The notes under the pieces: model-generated | The model's database searches: none | The model's input: the letters and a program-made list of their open reading frames with translations, nothing else | What the model was told of the DNA's origin: nothing | Origin: an uncultured Desulfobacteraceae bacterium | GTDB lineage: Bacteria > Desulfobacterota > DSM-4660 > Desulfatiglandales > Desulfatiglandaceae | Direction: 5' to 3' | Length of the DNA: 64,000 bases | NCBI GenBank assembly: GCA_964548365.1 | Contig: CAZJRD010000011.1 | Span: 4,425-68,424, forward strand | Position numbers and translations under genes: made by a program | Shown: positions 1 through 9,576 of the stretch, in pieces | Numbering within the stretch: position 1 is the stretch's first letter | Layout of the letters: the number at the start of each line of letters is the position of its first letter

Positions 1-3
1 AAG

Positions 4-42
4 AGAACCAAACCCTGCAAAGAACACCAAGGGTTTGGTTCT
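4..42 (-). terminator. Perfect 13-bp stem-loop about 170 nt downstream of the hdrB-like stop; possible end of the sat-apr-qmo-hdr transcription unit
   Basis: agaaccaaaccct (4-16) pairs perfectly with agggtttggttct (30-42), with a 13-nt loop. No clear U-tract is visible before the window edge. Confidence 0.3.
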
Positions 43-214
43 GATAAAGGGCTTAAATCGTGCCCATTCACAAATGAGATAGTTTGATCGAGATCAAGGC
101 ATGGGAAAATTTTAACCACAGGAATACAGTGAGGTATTTCGAGGATTAAAATTTGAGCATAACGACGATATCGGGCAAAATAGCCATTTATGGATGGGCA
201 CTGCTCGCTCTCTA

Positions 215-1093
215 TTACCCGATGGCCTCTTTCAATATGCCCTCAGGTGGAATGACGTTGCGGTTTAACGCAGCATCTTTCTTCAAATCCATTCCAAAAG
301 CCACAGCCATCAACTGGGTGAGGTATACAATCGGCACATCCAGCTGGGTCCCGTATTTTTTATTGATCCGGTCCTGATACATCTCCAGATTCATGGCACA
401 CATGGGGCAGACCGTGGAAACCATTTTCGCCCCATGATTCAGAGCATCTTCCAGAATCGTCTTCACCAGTTCCAGGCAATAATCCATTTCCGGGAGGAAT
501 ATTCCCGACCCGCAACAGAGCATCTTCTTGGGAAAAGGGACGGCCTCGGCCCCCAGTGCTTTCAGGAGACGGTCCTGGACCACGGGTTTGACTGTGCTGT
601 CATATTCCCCGTAGGGCCGAACGGACTGGCAGCCCACGTAACCGGCTATCTTCAATCCATTCAGAGAACTGGTTACCCTCTCCCGTATTTTATCAACACC
701 TACATCATTATAAAGAACATCCTGTATGTGTCTGACCTTTATGCTGCCTTTGTAGTTCAGCCCCCCCTCTGACAAGCATTCATTCACCTGTTTCAGAACC
801 GCAGGGTCCTCCTTGATTTCGTGGTTCACCTTGATCATCTGGATATAGCATGAACTGCAGGGGGCGACAATATCGTAGCTTGCCTTTGCCTCGGCAAGGG
901 CAAGATTTCTGGCGTTGAGGACCTTGATGGCAAGGTCGCTTGCGCCCGCGTAGGAAACGCTCGCGCCACAGCAATTCCAGTCCTCGATCTCCTCAAACTC
1001 CATGCCCAGTGCCTCGCAGACGGGCTTGAGTGACAGCAGAAAATTGGCACCGGTCCCTTCCAGGCTGCATCCCCAGTAAAGATAGTATTTCAT
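215..1093 (-). CDS. hdrB: Heterodisulfide reductase subunit B-like CCG-domain protein
   Basis: 292-aa ORF with two CCG-type cysteine clusters (DWNCCGASVS; KMLCCGSGIF, plus CPMCAMN). ATGA start/stop overlap with the upstream hdrC-like gene. Lies directly after qmoAB. Confidence 0.8.
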   Translation of the reverse strand: MKYYLYWGCSLEGTGANFLLSLKPVCEALGMEFEEIEDWNCCGASVSYAGASDLAIKVLNARNLALAEAKASYDIVAPCSSCYIQMIKVNHEIKEDPAVLKQVNECLSEGGLNYKGSIKVRHIQDVLYNDVGVDKIRERVTSSLNGLKIAGYVGCQSVRPYGEYDSTVKPVVQDRLLKALGAEAVPFPKKMLCCGSGIFLPEMDYCLELVKTILEDALNHGAKMVSTVCPMCAMNLEMYQDRINKKYGTQLDVPIVYLTQLMAVAFGMDLKKDAALNRNVIPPEGILKEAIG

Positions 1094-1692
1094 GCCACAC
1101 CACCCCCTTTCGCCATCTTTTCCGCCTTATCAAGCATCTTTCTGAGTGGCTGGATCCCCTTTATCTTTTTCTCGGGCAGAAGTTTCATCCTCCCGTGGAG
1201 GAGTAATTTGATTCCCACATCCATGAAGTTCATGGTACTCTTTATCCCGCTTACCACTCCATCTGCAAAAAAGACGCGCCTGGGCAGGTCTTTTTCATCA
1301 ATACGGCCGAGCTTATAGACCTGGTTCCAAAACTCCCTTCCAAAGTTTGCCGTATCCTTTCGCGGTACATACCCCTGTTTCAGGGCATAGTGTGCCAGAC
1401 CGTGCATCACGTCCATCACCGGAATGTTTCTGGGACACTTGACCACACAGGTGTAGCAGGATGTACAGAGCATAATGGACTGGCTGTTCAGGACCTCCTC
1501 CCTCTTTCCAGCCCTTATCAGGGAAAAGATCTGTCGAGGAGGATAATCCATGTGGTCGCGCAAGGGACACGAGCCCGCACAAACGCCGCACTGCATGCAC
1601 ATCTTTATCTCGTCCCCGAAATCCACATTTCCAGAGACTTCCTGCGCAAAAGAGGGTTCATAGGCAGCCATATTCTTCACCTTCCTCATCAT
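1090..1692 (-). CDS. hdrC: Heterodisulfide reductase subunit C-like 2x[4Fe-4S] ferredoxin-domain protein
   Basis: 200 aa with two CxxCxxCxxxCP motifs (CMQCGVCAGSCP, CTSCYTCVVKCP). No hydrophobic TM stretch by eye. Translationally coupled to hdrB-like. Confidence 0.8.
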   Translation of the reverse strand: MMRKVKNMAAYEPSFAQEVSGNVDFGDEIKMCMQCGVCAGSCPLRDHMDYPPRQIFSLIRAGKREEVLNSQSIMLCTSCYTCVVKCPRNIPVMDVMHGLAHYALKQGYVPRKDTANFGREFWNQVYKLGRIDEKDLPRRVFFADGVVSGIKSTMNFMDVGIKLLLHGRMKLLPEKKIKGIQPLRKMLDKAEKMAKGGGVA

Positions 1693-1727
1693 TGTATGCG
1701 GCCCCGGTCAATCGGCCGCAATGAACA

Positions 1728-3959
1728 TTACCATCCCTTATAGGGGTTCGGACCAACCTCTTCGATGGCTTCCATAAACTCGTCAATAATCCCAGGGATT
1801 TTATCATAATCCGTAATACTCACTTCCACATACTTGACCCTGGCAGATTCCAGGGCAAGACGATCCAAGGTTTCGGATACCTTGCTCAATCGCGTTTCAG
1901 CCAGTTCGCTTCCCTTGATAAAATGGCACTGGTAGTCATCGCCGTGCCGACAACCCAGGAGAAGAATGCCATCGATCCCGCGGGACATGGCATCAGCTAC
2001 CCAGACCAGGTTTACAGATCCAAGGCACCGGACCGGGACAAAACGGATATAGGGGCTCCATTTCATCTTCTTGATGCCGGCCATATCCAGGGCCGGATAG
2101 GCGTCATTTTCACAAACAAGTGCGAGAACCCTTGGCTTTTCCTCGTCTTCTTCAGGCACCTCAATCGCCTTGAGCATATTGCCAATCATGCCAACAGAAT
2201 AATTCTTGAATGAAATGATCCTTTCAGGACAGGCCCCCATACAAATGCCACACCGCCGACACCTTGTCTGGTTTGGGAGCGGGTTGGCCTTCTCATCCTC
2301 GTTGATAGCGCCAAATGGGCATTCTTCCGTGCACCGCTTGCACTGGGTGCACCGCTGCATCGCAAATTCAGGATAGGACATGTCCCCTGCGCGGGGGTGC
2401 ACTGCGATACCCTGTGCTGTGGCCTCGGCACACTGGATAGCCTTCATGGCCGCGCCAGTGGCATCATCGATCGCCCTTGCAGTCTCCATGGGCTTTCTCA
2501 CACATCCCGCTGCGTAAATACCGGTCCGCCTCGTCTCATATGGAAAACAGATAAAATGAGAGTCAGGGAACCCGTATTTCAGAGTCGGCAGTTCAGGGCC
2601 CTGTCGATAGTCCAGATGCAAGGCTGGTGTCCCGAAGAAACCTGAATCCGGAACAACCTCTATCATCCCTTCCTCATCAGCGCCCTCGGCATCGGCCGGG
2701 GCCTTGATCCTGGGCGTCACTTCCGGCTTCGCAGCCGGCACCATGCCAACCGCTAAAACCACCAGGTCCAATTCCTCTACCTTGACCTTCTCTCCCAGGA
2801 GTTCATCGTCCGCTTCCACATAGAGTTTTCCCCCGGACTCCCCGACGTCAGAAACGGTCCCCCTGATAAAGATGCCACCGTCATTCTGGCTTTTCCGGTA
2901 AAAATCCTCGGCTTGTCCCACCGTACGCACATCTTTATAAAGGATGTAGTTCACTGCCTCCGGGTCCTGTTCTTTGACATAAGCCGCCTGTTTCAGGGAG
3001 ACCAGGCAACAAACTGAGGAACAGTAGGGCAAGTGTTCGGGGTCTCGGGAACCGGCACACTGGACGAAAAGCACGTTTTTCACCTCTTTGCCGTCCGAAG
3101 GCCGGGCTATCTTCCCGGCAGCGGCCATCTCCTCCATTTCAACATTGGTGACCACGTCTTTGAATTTCCCATATCCCAGATTGTCAAGCTTGTTGGCATC
3201 ATAGGGAACCCAGCCGGTCGCCTGAACGATGGATCCCGCCCGTTCGCTTTTCACATCTCCATTAGACTTAATATCAACGGCAAAGAGTCCAGGGCCTCCG
3301 ACCACCTTTTCCACAGTTGATCCAGTATAAATCTTGATCTTGGGGTTCTCTTCAACCGACTTGATCAACTCGTTCAGACCGGTGTCACTGAGTTCCTTGT
3401 ACGGGAGTGTTACCAGGCTCTTCATCTTCGACATGAAGCCACCAAGATTCTCTTCCCGTTCCACCAGAATAGCCTGATAGCCGGCCTTCGCCGTTTCCAG
3501 CGCCGCGGTCAGCCCTGCTACGCCACCCCCCACCACCAGGACGTCCTTGGAATATTCTTCCTCGGCCTTGAACGGTTCAGGCAATTGCGTGTCATTGGCC
3601 TTGACACACCCCATCCGGAGATTGTCTTCGGCCAGCATCTGCGTGTCCTCATCCCCCGGCTCATGGCTCCATACAACCTGTTCCCGGATGTTTACCCGTT
3701 CTACAATTCTATCAGGGCCAAAATCGAACACATCGTAATTGACCCGCTGGGAGCATGCAACGATGATCGCGGTATTGATACCCTCATCTTCCATATCCTT
3801 TTTGATCAGCGCCACTCCCTCCGGACCGCAGAGAAAGGGATGATTCCTGCAAACCGGGACACTGTAATCATCAGTGGCTATCCCTGAGAGTTTTTCAATA
3901 TCAAGGGCATCTCCTATGCCGCAACCGGTGCATATATAAACTGCCGTCTTCTTATCCAT
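1728..3959 (-). CDS. qmoB: Quinone-interacting membrane-bound oxidoreductase complex subunit B (HdrA-like flavoprotein with MvhD-like C-terminus)
   Basis: 743 aa. Dinucleotide fold VVGGGVAGLTAA, ferredoxin motifs CTQCKRCTEECP and CRRCGICMGACP, Cys-rich C-terminal domain. Positioned after qmoA downstream of aprBA. Confidence 0.85.
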   Translation of the reverse strand: MDKKTAVYICTGCGIGDALDIEKLSGIATDDYSVPVCRNHPFLCGPEGVALIKKDMEDEGINTAIIVACSQRVNYDVFDFGPDRIVERVNIREQVVWSHEPGDEDTQMLAEDNLRMGCVKANDTQLPEPFKAEEEYSKDVLVVGGGVAGLTAALETAKAGYQAILVEREENLGGFMSKMKSLVTLPYKELSDTGLNELIKSVEENPKIKIYTGSTVEKVVGGPGLFAVDIKSNGDVKSERAGSIVQATGWVPYDANKLDNLGYGKFKDVVTNVEMEEMAAAGKIARPSDGKEVKNVLFVQCAGSRDPEHLPYCSSVCCLVSLKQAAYVKEQDPEAVNYILYKDVRTVGQAEDFYRKSQNDGGIFIRGTVSDVGESGGKLYVEADDELLGEKVKVEELDLVVLAVGMVPAAKPEVTPRIKAPADAEGADEEGMIEVVPDSGFFGTPALHLDYRQGPELPTLKYGFPDSHFICFPYETRRTGIYAAGCVRKPMETARAIDDATGAAMKAIQCAEATAQGIAVHPRAGDMSYPEFAMQRCTQCKRCTEECPFGAINEDEKANPLPNQTRCRRCGICMGACPERIISFKNYSVGMIGNMLKAIEVPEEDEEKPRVLALVCENDAYPALDMAGIKKMKWSPYIRFVPVRCLGSVNLVWVADAMSRGIDGILLLGCRHGDDYQCHFIKGSELAETRLSKVSETLDRLALESARVKYVEVSITDYDKIPGIIDEFMEAIEEVGPNPYKGW

Positions 3960-3963
3960 CGAG

Positions 3964-5232
3964 TTACCTCCTCGCGATTGATTGGATGGCCTTCAACGCT
4001 GCTGCTGTCCCATCCTGGACACAGGATGCAACGTCCGTCGGCCTCCTTACACAGCCGGCACCGTAAATCCCGGCCTTCTCAGGGTCGTTGCTCAAAAAGC
4101 CATATTCGTCATAGGAAACTTCCGGAGAGGGTTCAATATCCATTTTATTGGGAACCATGCCCGTCGCCAGGACCACCAGATCAAATTGTATTCTAATTTG
4201 TTCACCGGTGCGTGTATCCTCTCCTTCCACCAGGAGATCAAGGCTTTCCTCATTTTCTGTGATATTTGCAATCTTACTCTTGATGAAGCTGACTTTTTCA
4301 TCCTCCTGTACCCTGATGTAAAAGTCTTCCAGTCGATCAAGGGCACGTATGTCAATAAAAAATATCGTTACTTCACAGTCGGGATACTGCTCTCTCAGGT
4401 AGGTGGTCTGTTTGAGCGAAGCGAGGCAACAGATACCGGAACAGTAAGGCAAGTAATTCTCATCCCTCGAGCCGGCACACTGGATAAAAGCCACATTCTT
4501 GACTTCCTTCCCGTCCGAGGGACGAAGTATCTTCCCTCCGGTGGGCCCGTTGGGAGAGGCGAGCCTTTCCATCATTACATTGGTGATGACATTCTTGTAT
4601 TCGCCAAATCCATAGTATTCTATTTTTTCCGCTTCAAACGGAGTCCATCCGGCGGCCCACACGATAGATCCGACGTTCAAGTCGAAGGTTGAGTCTTTCA
4701 TATCCAGATCAATGGCGCCGTACTCACAGACCTCGTGGCATTTTTTCCCTTCCTCCGTTCCAACGATGGAAGGATCAAGAACGTATCGCATGGGAAAGGC
4801 AAACTCATGGGGCAAATAGGCGGCCTTGATCTTGCCCATCCCGTAATTGAAAGGGTTATCGATCTCCGTTTCGCAGACTCCGGCGCATTTTCCACAGCAG
4901 GTACATTTCTCATTCACATACCGGGGCGAAATTCTTACCTTGACATCGTAGTCCCCTTCCTGCCCTGTAATCCCTGCAAGCTCGGCCATGGTAAAAAAAC
5001 GGATTCTCGGATTTTGCTTCATCCTTCTGAAATTGATCTCGAGTCCGCAGTTCGGGGGGCAGAGCTTAGGAAAATAATGATACATCTGGGCTACACGACC
5101 ACCCAGATAGGGGTTCTTTTCAATGAGAACCACGTCATACCCGGTTTCTGCAGCTTCCAGGGCGGCTGTGAGGCCGCTCATGCCTCCGCCAACCACTAAT
5201 ATACTCTGGTTCGTTGTGTGTGCATCTACCAT
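3964..5232 (-). CDS. qmoA: Qmo complex subunit A (HdrA-like FAD flavoprotein)
   Basis: 422 aa. VVGGGMSGLTAA FAD fold, CTCCGKCAGVC cluster motif. 4-nt gap to qmoB. Canonical position after aprA. Confidence 0.85.
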   Translation of the reverse strand: MVDAHTTNQSILVVGGGMSGLTAALEAAETGYDVVLIEKNPYLGGRVAQMYHYFPKLCPPNCGLEINFRRMKQNPRIRFFTMAELAGITGQEGDYDVKVRISPRYVNEKCTCCGKCAGVCETEIDNPFNYGMGKIKAAYLPHEFAFPMRYVLDPSIVGTEEGKKCHEVCEYGAIDLDMKDSTFDLNVGSIVWAAGWTPFEAEKIEYYGFGEYKNVITNVMMERLASPNGPTGGKILRPSDGKEVKNVAFIQCAGSRDENYLPYCSGICCLASLKQTTYLREQYPDCEVTIFFIDIRALDRLEDFYIRVQEDEKVSFIKSKIANITENEESLDLLVEGEDTRTGEQIRIQFDLVVLATGMVPNKMDIEPSPEVSYDEYGFLSNDPEKAGIYGAGCVRRPTDVASCVQDGTAAALKAIQSIARR

Positions 5233-5401
5233 TGTCTCCTCCAGGATTTTGATGTTATGTTGTGTAACTCGTCAATATCCATTTTTCTTCCAGGAACGCA
5301 TCTCTCCCGGAAATGTCCATTGACCAGGCACACAGCGCGGTCCGTCTCGGAAAGGGGTTTTTCTCCTGAGCATCTGCAGTGTTATCAGATCTGGAGCAAG
5401 G

Positions 5402-5440
5402 AAATGCACCAGGCATCAAAAAGCGCTGCCTGGTGCATTT
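5402..5440 (-). terminator. Strong intercistronic stem-loop between aprA and qmoA (partial terminator or RNA-stability element)
   Basis: aaatgcaccaggca (5402-5415) pairs perfectly with tgcctggtgcattt (5427-5440). Flanked by an A-run and T-run, so it resembles an intrinsic terminator in either orientation. Confidence 0.45.
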
Positions 5441-5457
5441 TTTGTTGCGGTTAATGT

Positions 5458-7341
5458 TTAGACACCCGGAATGTTCCAGACATCCCGTTTCATCATTTCC
5501 CACTCACCGGTAGCGGGGTCCCATTTGCAATTGGCAAAGCAGTGCCAGTTAGCTTCGTCCATCTTGGGGGTATCGGCCCTGAAGTAGTACCCGGGCCACC
5601 TGGTTTCCTCCCGGAAGAGGATGGTGCGCACATGGACCTCGCCCTGCCACATCCTCTGGATGTTCTCCCAGCACCTTTCCAGTTCATACAGGTCCCGGGC
5701 ACCCAATTTCTCCGAGTCTTCCCTCAAGAATACGAACAGCTCCATAGCCCTTTCGAGCAGGGATTTGCTGGTCTTGAACGCCGAGGTCACACCGCCGGCA
5801 TACTCGTCCATGATCTTCTGGAGCCTGAACATGAACTGCCTGGGCAGGATATAGTTTGTATTGACTTCCGGATCCGTGGTTTCGTTACAATGGGCCTCGT
5901 AAAGATCCAGAGGTGCCAGGATCCTGGCCTTCAGCTCTTCCACCTTGGCCATATCCACCGCAGGCGCCGCGCCTTTTTCAACAATGTACTTGATAGCCGC
6001 CTTCCCGGCGATACGTCCTTCAGCATGCGAACCGGAAGAGAACTTGTGACTTGACGCGCCGGAGGCATCACCAACAGCAAAGAGGCCATCAACGGTCGTC
6101 ATATTTGCATACCCCCACTTGTAGGGAGTATCCAAGTCCTCGGGTCCGCTCACCCACGCACCGGAAGCGCCGGAGTGGGAACCGATAAAATAGGGCTCAC
6201 ACGCGGCGATCTCGGAATGTTTCTCTTCAGGCTTGACATTCTGGGAAGCCCAGAGGATGGCCTGAGAAATGGTCATATCCAGGAAGTCCTCCCATGCCTC
6301 TGACTCCAGTTCCTTCATCTTCTTCTTGAATGCCTTGGGGTCTTCCTTATACTGCTCAGCAATTTTAGCAATGGCCTCACTGGTCTCCATGTACAGGGGA
6401 CCCAAGCCCTCGTCCATATCCAGCATACCGAGGTAGTTCCTCAGGTTTGCGGGAATCGGCTTGGCCAGGCCATAGGGGGCCCAGTTCTGGAGTTCGTCTT
6501 TCCTCACTGCCATGTATTCCCCACCCTGGGCACTGATGGCCCTGGACTTGAAGAGCAGGAACCATGCACCGACAGGCCCGTATCCATCCTTGAACCGCAC
6601 CGGAATAAACCGCACCTCCTGGCAGGTCATCTCGGCACCGGCCCTGAGGGTAAAGTACGCGCTGGAACCGCTGTTGAAGGGCGGATACCAGGAACGACCC
6701 AATCCCTCGCCAACGGACCTCGGGCGGAACACGTGTACTGCACCGCCCATCCCGGCGATGACTGCCTTTGCCTTGAATACATAGAACTTATTCTCGCGGG
6801 TGCTGAAGCCTAAAGCACCGACGACCTTGTTGTTTTCAACCAGGGGCTCGGTGATAAAAACCCTCTCATAGACCTCACCGCCGGCATCTGCCAACGCGTT
6901 CTTGGCTGCCTCAGCAATGATGATCTTGTACGATTCACCATTGATCATGAGCTGCCAGCGGCCCTCATGGACATATTTGCCCTCTTCATCTGTCCAGATC
7001 TTGAGGCCCCATTTCTCAAACAAATGCACGGTGGAATCCACATGGCGCGCGATATTGTAGACCAGATCCTCTCGGGAGATTCCCATGAGATCCTGACGCA
7101 CGTAACGGACATAGTCCTCTACTGTATTGTCGCCGTCTTTTACGCCCACGTACTGGTTGATGGCCGAAAGACCCATGGCCACGGCGCCGCTTCGATCCAT
7201 GGCCGCCTTGTCCACAATGGTAACCTTCAGGCCGTTCTTCTTGGCCCAATATGCCGCCTCAACGGCAGCTCCACATGCTCCAAATCCCCCACCAACGATC
7301 AGGAGGTCGGTGCTCACTTCTACTGTTTCAAAATTTGCCAT
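5458..7341 (-). CDS. aprA: Adenylylsulfate (APS) reductase alpha subunit
   Basis: 627 aa. N-terminal FAD fold LLIVGGGFGACGAA and a fumarate-reductase-like flavoprotein body. Directly downstream of aprB, with sat upstream. Confidence 0.95.
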   Translation of the reverse strand: MANFETVEVSTDLLIVGGGFGACGAAVEAAYWAKKNGLKVTIVDKAAMDRSGAVAMGLSAINQYVGVKDGDNTVEDYVRYVRQDLMGISREDLVYNIARHVDSTVHLFEKWGLKIWTDEEGKYVHEGRWQLMINGESYKIIIAEAAKNALADAGGEVYERVFITEPLVENNKVVGALGFSTRENKFYVFKAKAVIAGMGGAVHVFRPRSVGEGLGRSWYPPFNSGSSAYFTLRAGAEMTCQEVRFIPVRFKDGYGPVGAWFLLFKSRAISAQGGEYMAVRKDELQNWAPYGLAKPIPANLRNYLGMLDMDEGLGPLYMETSEAIAKIAEQYKEDPKAFKKKMKELESEAWEDFLDMTISQAILWASQNVKPEEKHSEIAACEPYFIGSHSGASGAWVSGPEDLDTPYKWGYANMTTVDGLFAVGDASGASSHKFSSGSHAEGRIAGKAAIKYIVEKGAAPAVDMAKVEELKARILAPLDLYEAHCNETTDPEVNTNYILPRQFMFRLQKIMDEYAGGVTSAFKTSKSLLERAMELFVFLREDSEKLGARDLYELERCWENIQRMWQGEVHVRTILFREETRWPGYYFRADTPKMDEANWHCFANCKWDPATGEWEMMKRDVWNIPGV

Positions 7342-7364
7342 AATTTAGATACCTCCTTTTCTCA

Positions 7365-7799
7365 TTATAGGGTCGGGACTGCATCGAGCCCCAGGGATGC
7401 GGGCTCCGTTGCCAGGGCCTGGCTGTTCAAATCATCATGAGTCGCGAAACCACCTAACGGATCCGCAGACCCTTCCTCATTGGTCCTGATGGGGAATTTG
7501 AACCTTTTCAGGCTGCCGTCACGGAACTTCACCGTCCACATGATATCCTGTGAACCCCTGAGCGGCGTCGCACTTGCTCCCAAAGGAACAAAGTCGGCAT
7601 ATCCGCGTACATCCATGGCCTGCTGTGGGCACAGCTTGACACAGCACATGCACTCCCAGCACATCATGGGATCCCGGTTGTAGGCCTTCATTTTGTCCAT
7701 GTCCAAGACCATCAGGTCGTTGGGGCAGATATATTGACATGCAGTCTTGTCCTGCCCTTTGCAACCGTCACATTTTTCAGTTATAACATAACTCGGCAT
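7365..7799 (-). CDS. aprB: Adenylylsulfate reductase beta subunit (2x[4Fe-4S])
   Basis: 144 aa. MPSYVITEKCDGCKG start typical of AprB. Cluster motifs CDGCKG..CQYICP and CWECMCCVKLCP. Confidence 0.93.
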   Translation of the reverse strand: MPSYVITEKCDGCKGQDKTACQYICPNDLMVLDMDKMKAYNRDPMMCWECMCCVKLCPQQAMDVRGYADFVPLGASATPLRGSQDIMWTVKFRDGSLKRFKFPIRTNEEGSADPLGGFATHDDLNSQALATEPASLGLDAVPTL

Positions 7800-7956
7800 T
7801 ATTTTACCTCCTTCATTTACAAGTTCAAATAGTGGTCAACACCTTTGCAAAACGCCTGAATCGCACCTCCTTTCCATGATTGATGACTACCGGTTCTTCT
7901 GTTCTTGTTCGAATGATAAAGCGTATTTCCGGCTTCAAAAAGTCTTCTCTGTCCCG

Positions 7957-9174
7957 TTACTTCTTCACATCCCCTGTTGCCGCGCCATGGAGCTTGATTT
8001 CCACTTTCTCCTCAAGATTCTGATAGTATTCCTGAAGAATGGCCACGACCTCCGGGCGTGAAAATTCCGCGGGGAGATCCCCTCCCTCGGAGAGGGTCTT
8101 CCGGACCATGGTCCCGGACAGGAGAAGCCTGTCGTCTTTCCCGTGGGGGCAGGTTCTCATGGAGGCCATGCCGCCGCATTTATAGCAATGAAATGTCCAG
8201 TCGATATTCAGATTTTCACACTTCAGGCCGCCTTTCGGGATCTCGTGGAAGATCTTCTGGGCATCAAACGGGCCGTAATAATCGCCCACACCCGCGTGAT
8301 CACGCCCGATAATCATGTGACTGCATCCGTAGTTCTGGCGGAACGTGGCGTGAAGCAAGGCTTCTCGGGGGCCGGCATACCGCATTTCCATGGGGTATCC
8401 TCCCTGCACCACGGTCCCCTTCACAAACCAGTTATCCACCAAAGCCTCAATAGCGCGCACCCGGACATCCGCCGGGATATCTCCCGGTTTCAGCTTTCCC
8501 ACCAGCTGGTGGATATACACGCCGTCCATCACTTCCACAGCTATCTTGGCAAGAAATTCATGGGAACGATGCATGGGGTTTCGCAACTGGAGGGCCGCCA
8601 CCCGGCGCCATCCCAGATCTTCAAACATCTTTCTTGATTCTGAAGGCCACTGGTAAAGGCCCTTAAACTCCTCGGGATAGTAGCTTTCGCTGATCACCTT
8701 GACCGGGCCGGCCAGGTTGTACTTTCCCTGTGCCATCACCTTTGCCGCGCCGGGATGCTCTGTGTCCGTCGTGGTAAACACGGACTTGCACTCATATTCC
8801 TTGTCGATGGTGTACTTTTCCGAAATCTGCATGGTGGCAATAGTAGTCCCTGTTTCTACATCCACCAATGCAACTTCATCGCCTTCCTTGACGTCTTCAT
8901 CGTCTGTTGAAAGGGTAATGGGGATTGGCCAAAAGGTCCCGTCGGCCATGAGAAACTTGTCACAAACTCCCTGCCAGTCAGCCTTGGTCATAAAACCGGT
9001 CAAAGGGGTGAACGCCCCGATTCCCATCATGATGAGATCGGACGTCTCTCTGGTGGTAATGGTCAGCTTCTTGAGGTTTCCAGCCTTTGCGGTCTCTGCC
9101 TGGAGCGCATCACCTTCCAGCATCAGAGGCATCAATTTTTCTTCTTTTCCATGGGGTGAAATCAATTTTGACAT
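7957..9174 (-). CDS. sat: Sulfate adenylyltransferase (ATP sulfurylase)
   Basis: 405 aa. [11 protein letters not shown] and GRDHAGVG motifs. SD aaggagga precedes the ATG. Confidence 0.93.
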   Translation of the reverse strand: MSKLISPHGKEEKLMPLMLEGDALQAETAKAGNLKKLTITTRETSDLIMMGIGAFTPLTGFMTKADWQGVCDKFLMADGTFWPIPITLSTDDEDVKEGDEVALVDVETGTTIATMQISEKYTIDKEYECKSVFTTTDTEHPGAAKVMAQGKYNLAGPVKVISESYYPEEFKGLYQWPSESRKMFEDLGWRRVAALQLRNPMHRSHEFLAKIAVEVMDGVYIHQLVGKLKPGDIPADVRVRAIEALVDNWFVKGTVVQGGYPMEMRYAGPREALLHATFRQNYGCSHMIIGRDHAGVGDYYGPFDAQKIFHEIPKGGLKCENLNIDWTFHCYKCGGMASMRTCPHGKDDRLLLSGTMVRKTLSEGGDLPAEFSRPEVVAILQEYYQNLEEKVEIKLHGAATGDVKK

Positions 9175-9277
9175 ACCATATCCTCCTTTTCACTTCTGCT
9201 CGTTTCTGTTCACTTATGTTCAGCACATCAGGGCCATCAAGCTTTGGGCCCTTCCATGACCCTCTTTCCCTACATCC

Positions 9278-9295
9278 TTGTGCATTTTGGCACAA
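9278..9295. promoter_or_regulatory. Rex-type palindromic operator candidate overlapping the predicted sat transcription start
   Basis: TTGTGCATTTTGGCACAA is a perfect TTGTGC-N6-GCACAA palindrome. It resembles the Rex consensus TTGTGAA-N4-TTCACAA. Confidence 0.4.
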
Positions 9296-9300
9296 ATGTT

Positions 9301-9328
9301 TTTATATCTTATTTCTGGCTCCTGTCAA
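9301..9328 (-). promoter_or_regulatory. Sigma70-type promoter candidate for sat
   Basis: On the minus strand: TTGACA (9328-9323), 16-nt spacer, TATAAA (9306-9301). About 120 nt upstream of the sat ATG. Confidence 0.5.
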
Positions 9329-9576
9329 GAAAAATATATAAAGAATTCCAAGATTTTTCGGCAACCGGAACAAGCACTCCAAACCTGCCTGGAAGAGGGG
9401 CAAAAAGGAACGTCATTATGGCTTTATTGTTTCATGCTGTGAACAATCAGACACCCTCTTTCAGCTTGCAATTCCGGGTAAGAAAAGACTGGACTCGTGT
9501 CCTCATGAAACCTTTTCAAAAAATCAGGCCTTCAGGAAAAAGTCACACATATTGTATTTCTCGGATCCGGGTATTC

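Noticed and set aside
9222-9236. Sigma54-like string upstream of sat (minus strand TGGCCCTGATGTGCT).
   Set aside because: The GG-to-GC spacing is one nucleotide short of the strict -24/-12 geometry, and a good sigma70 promoter lies nearby.
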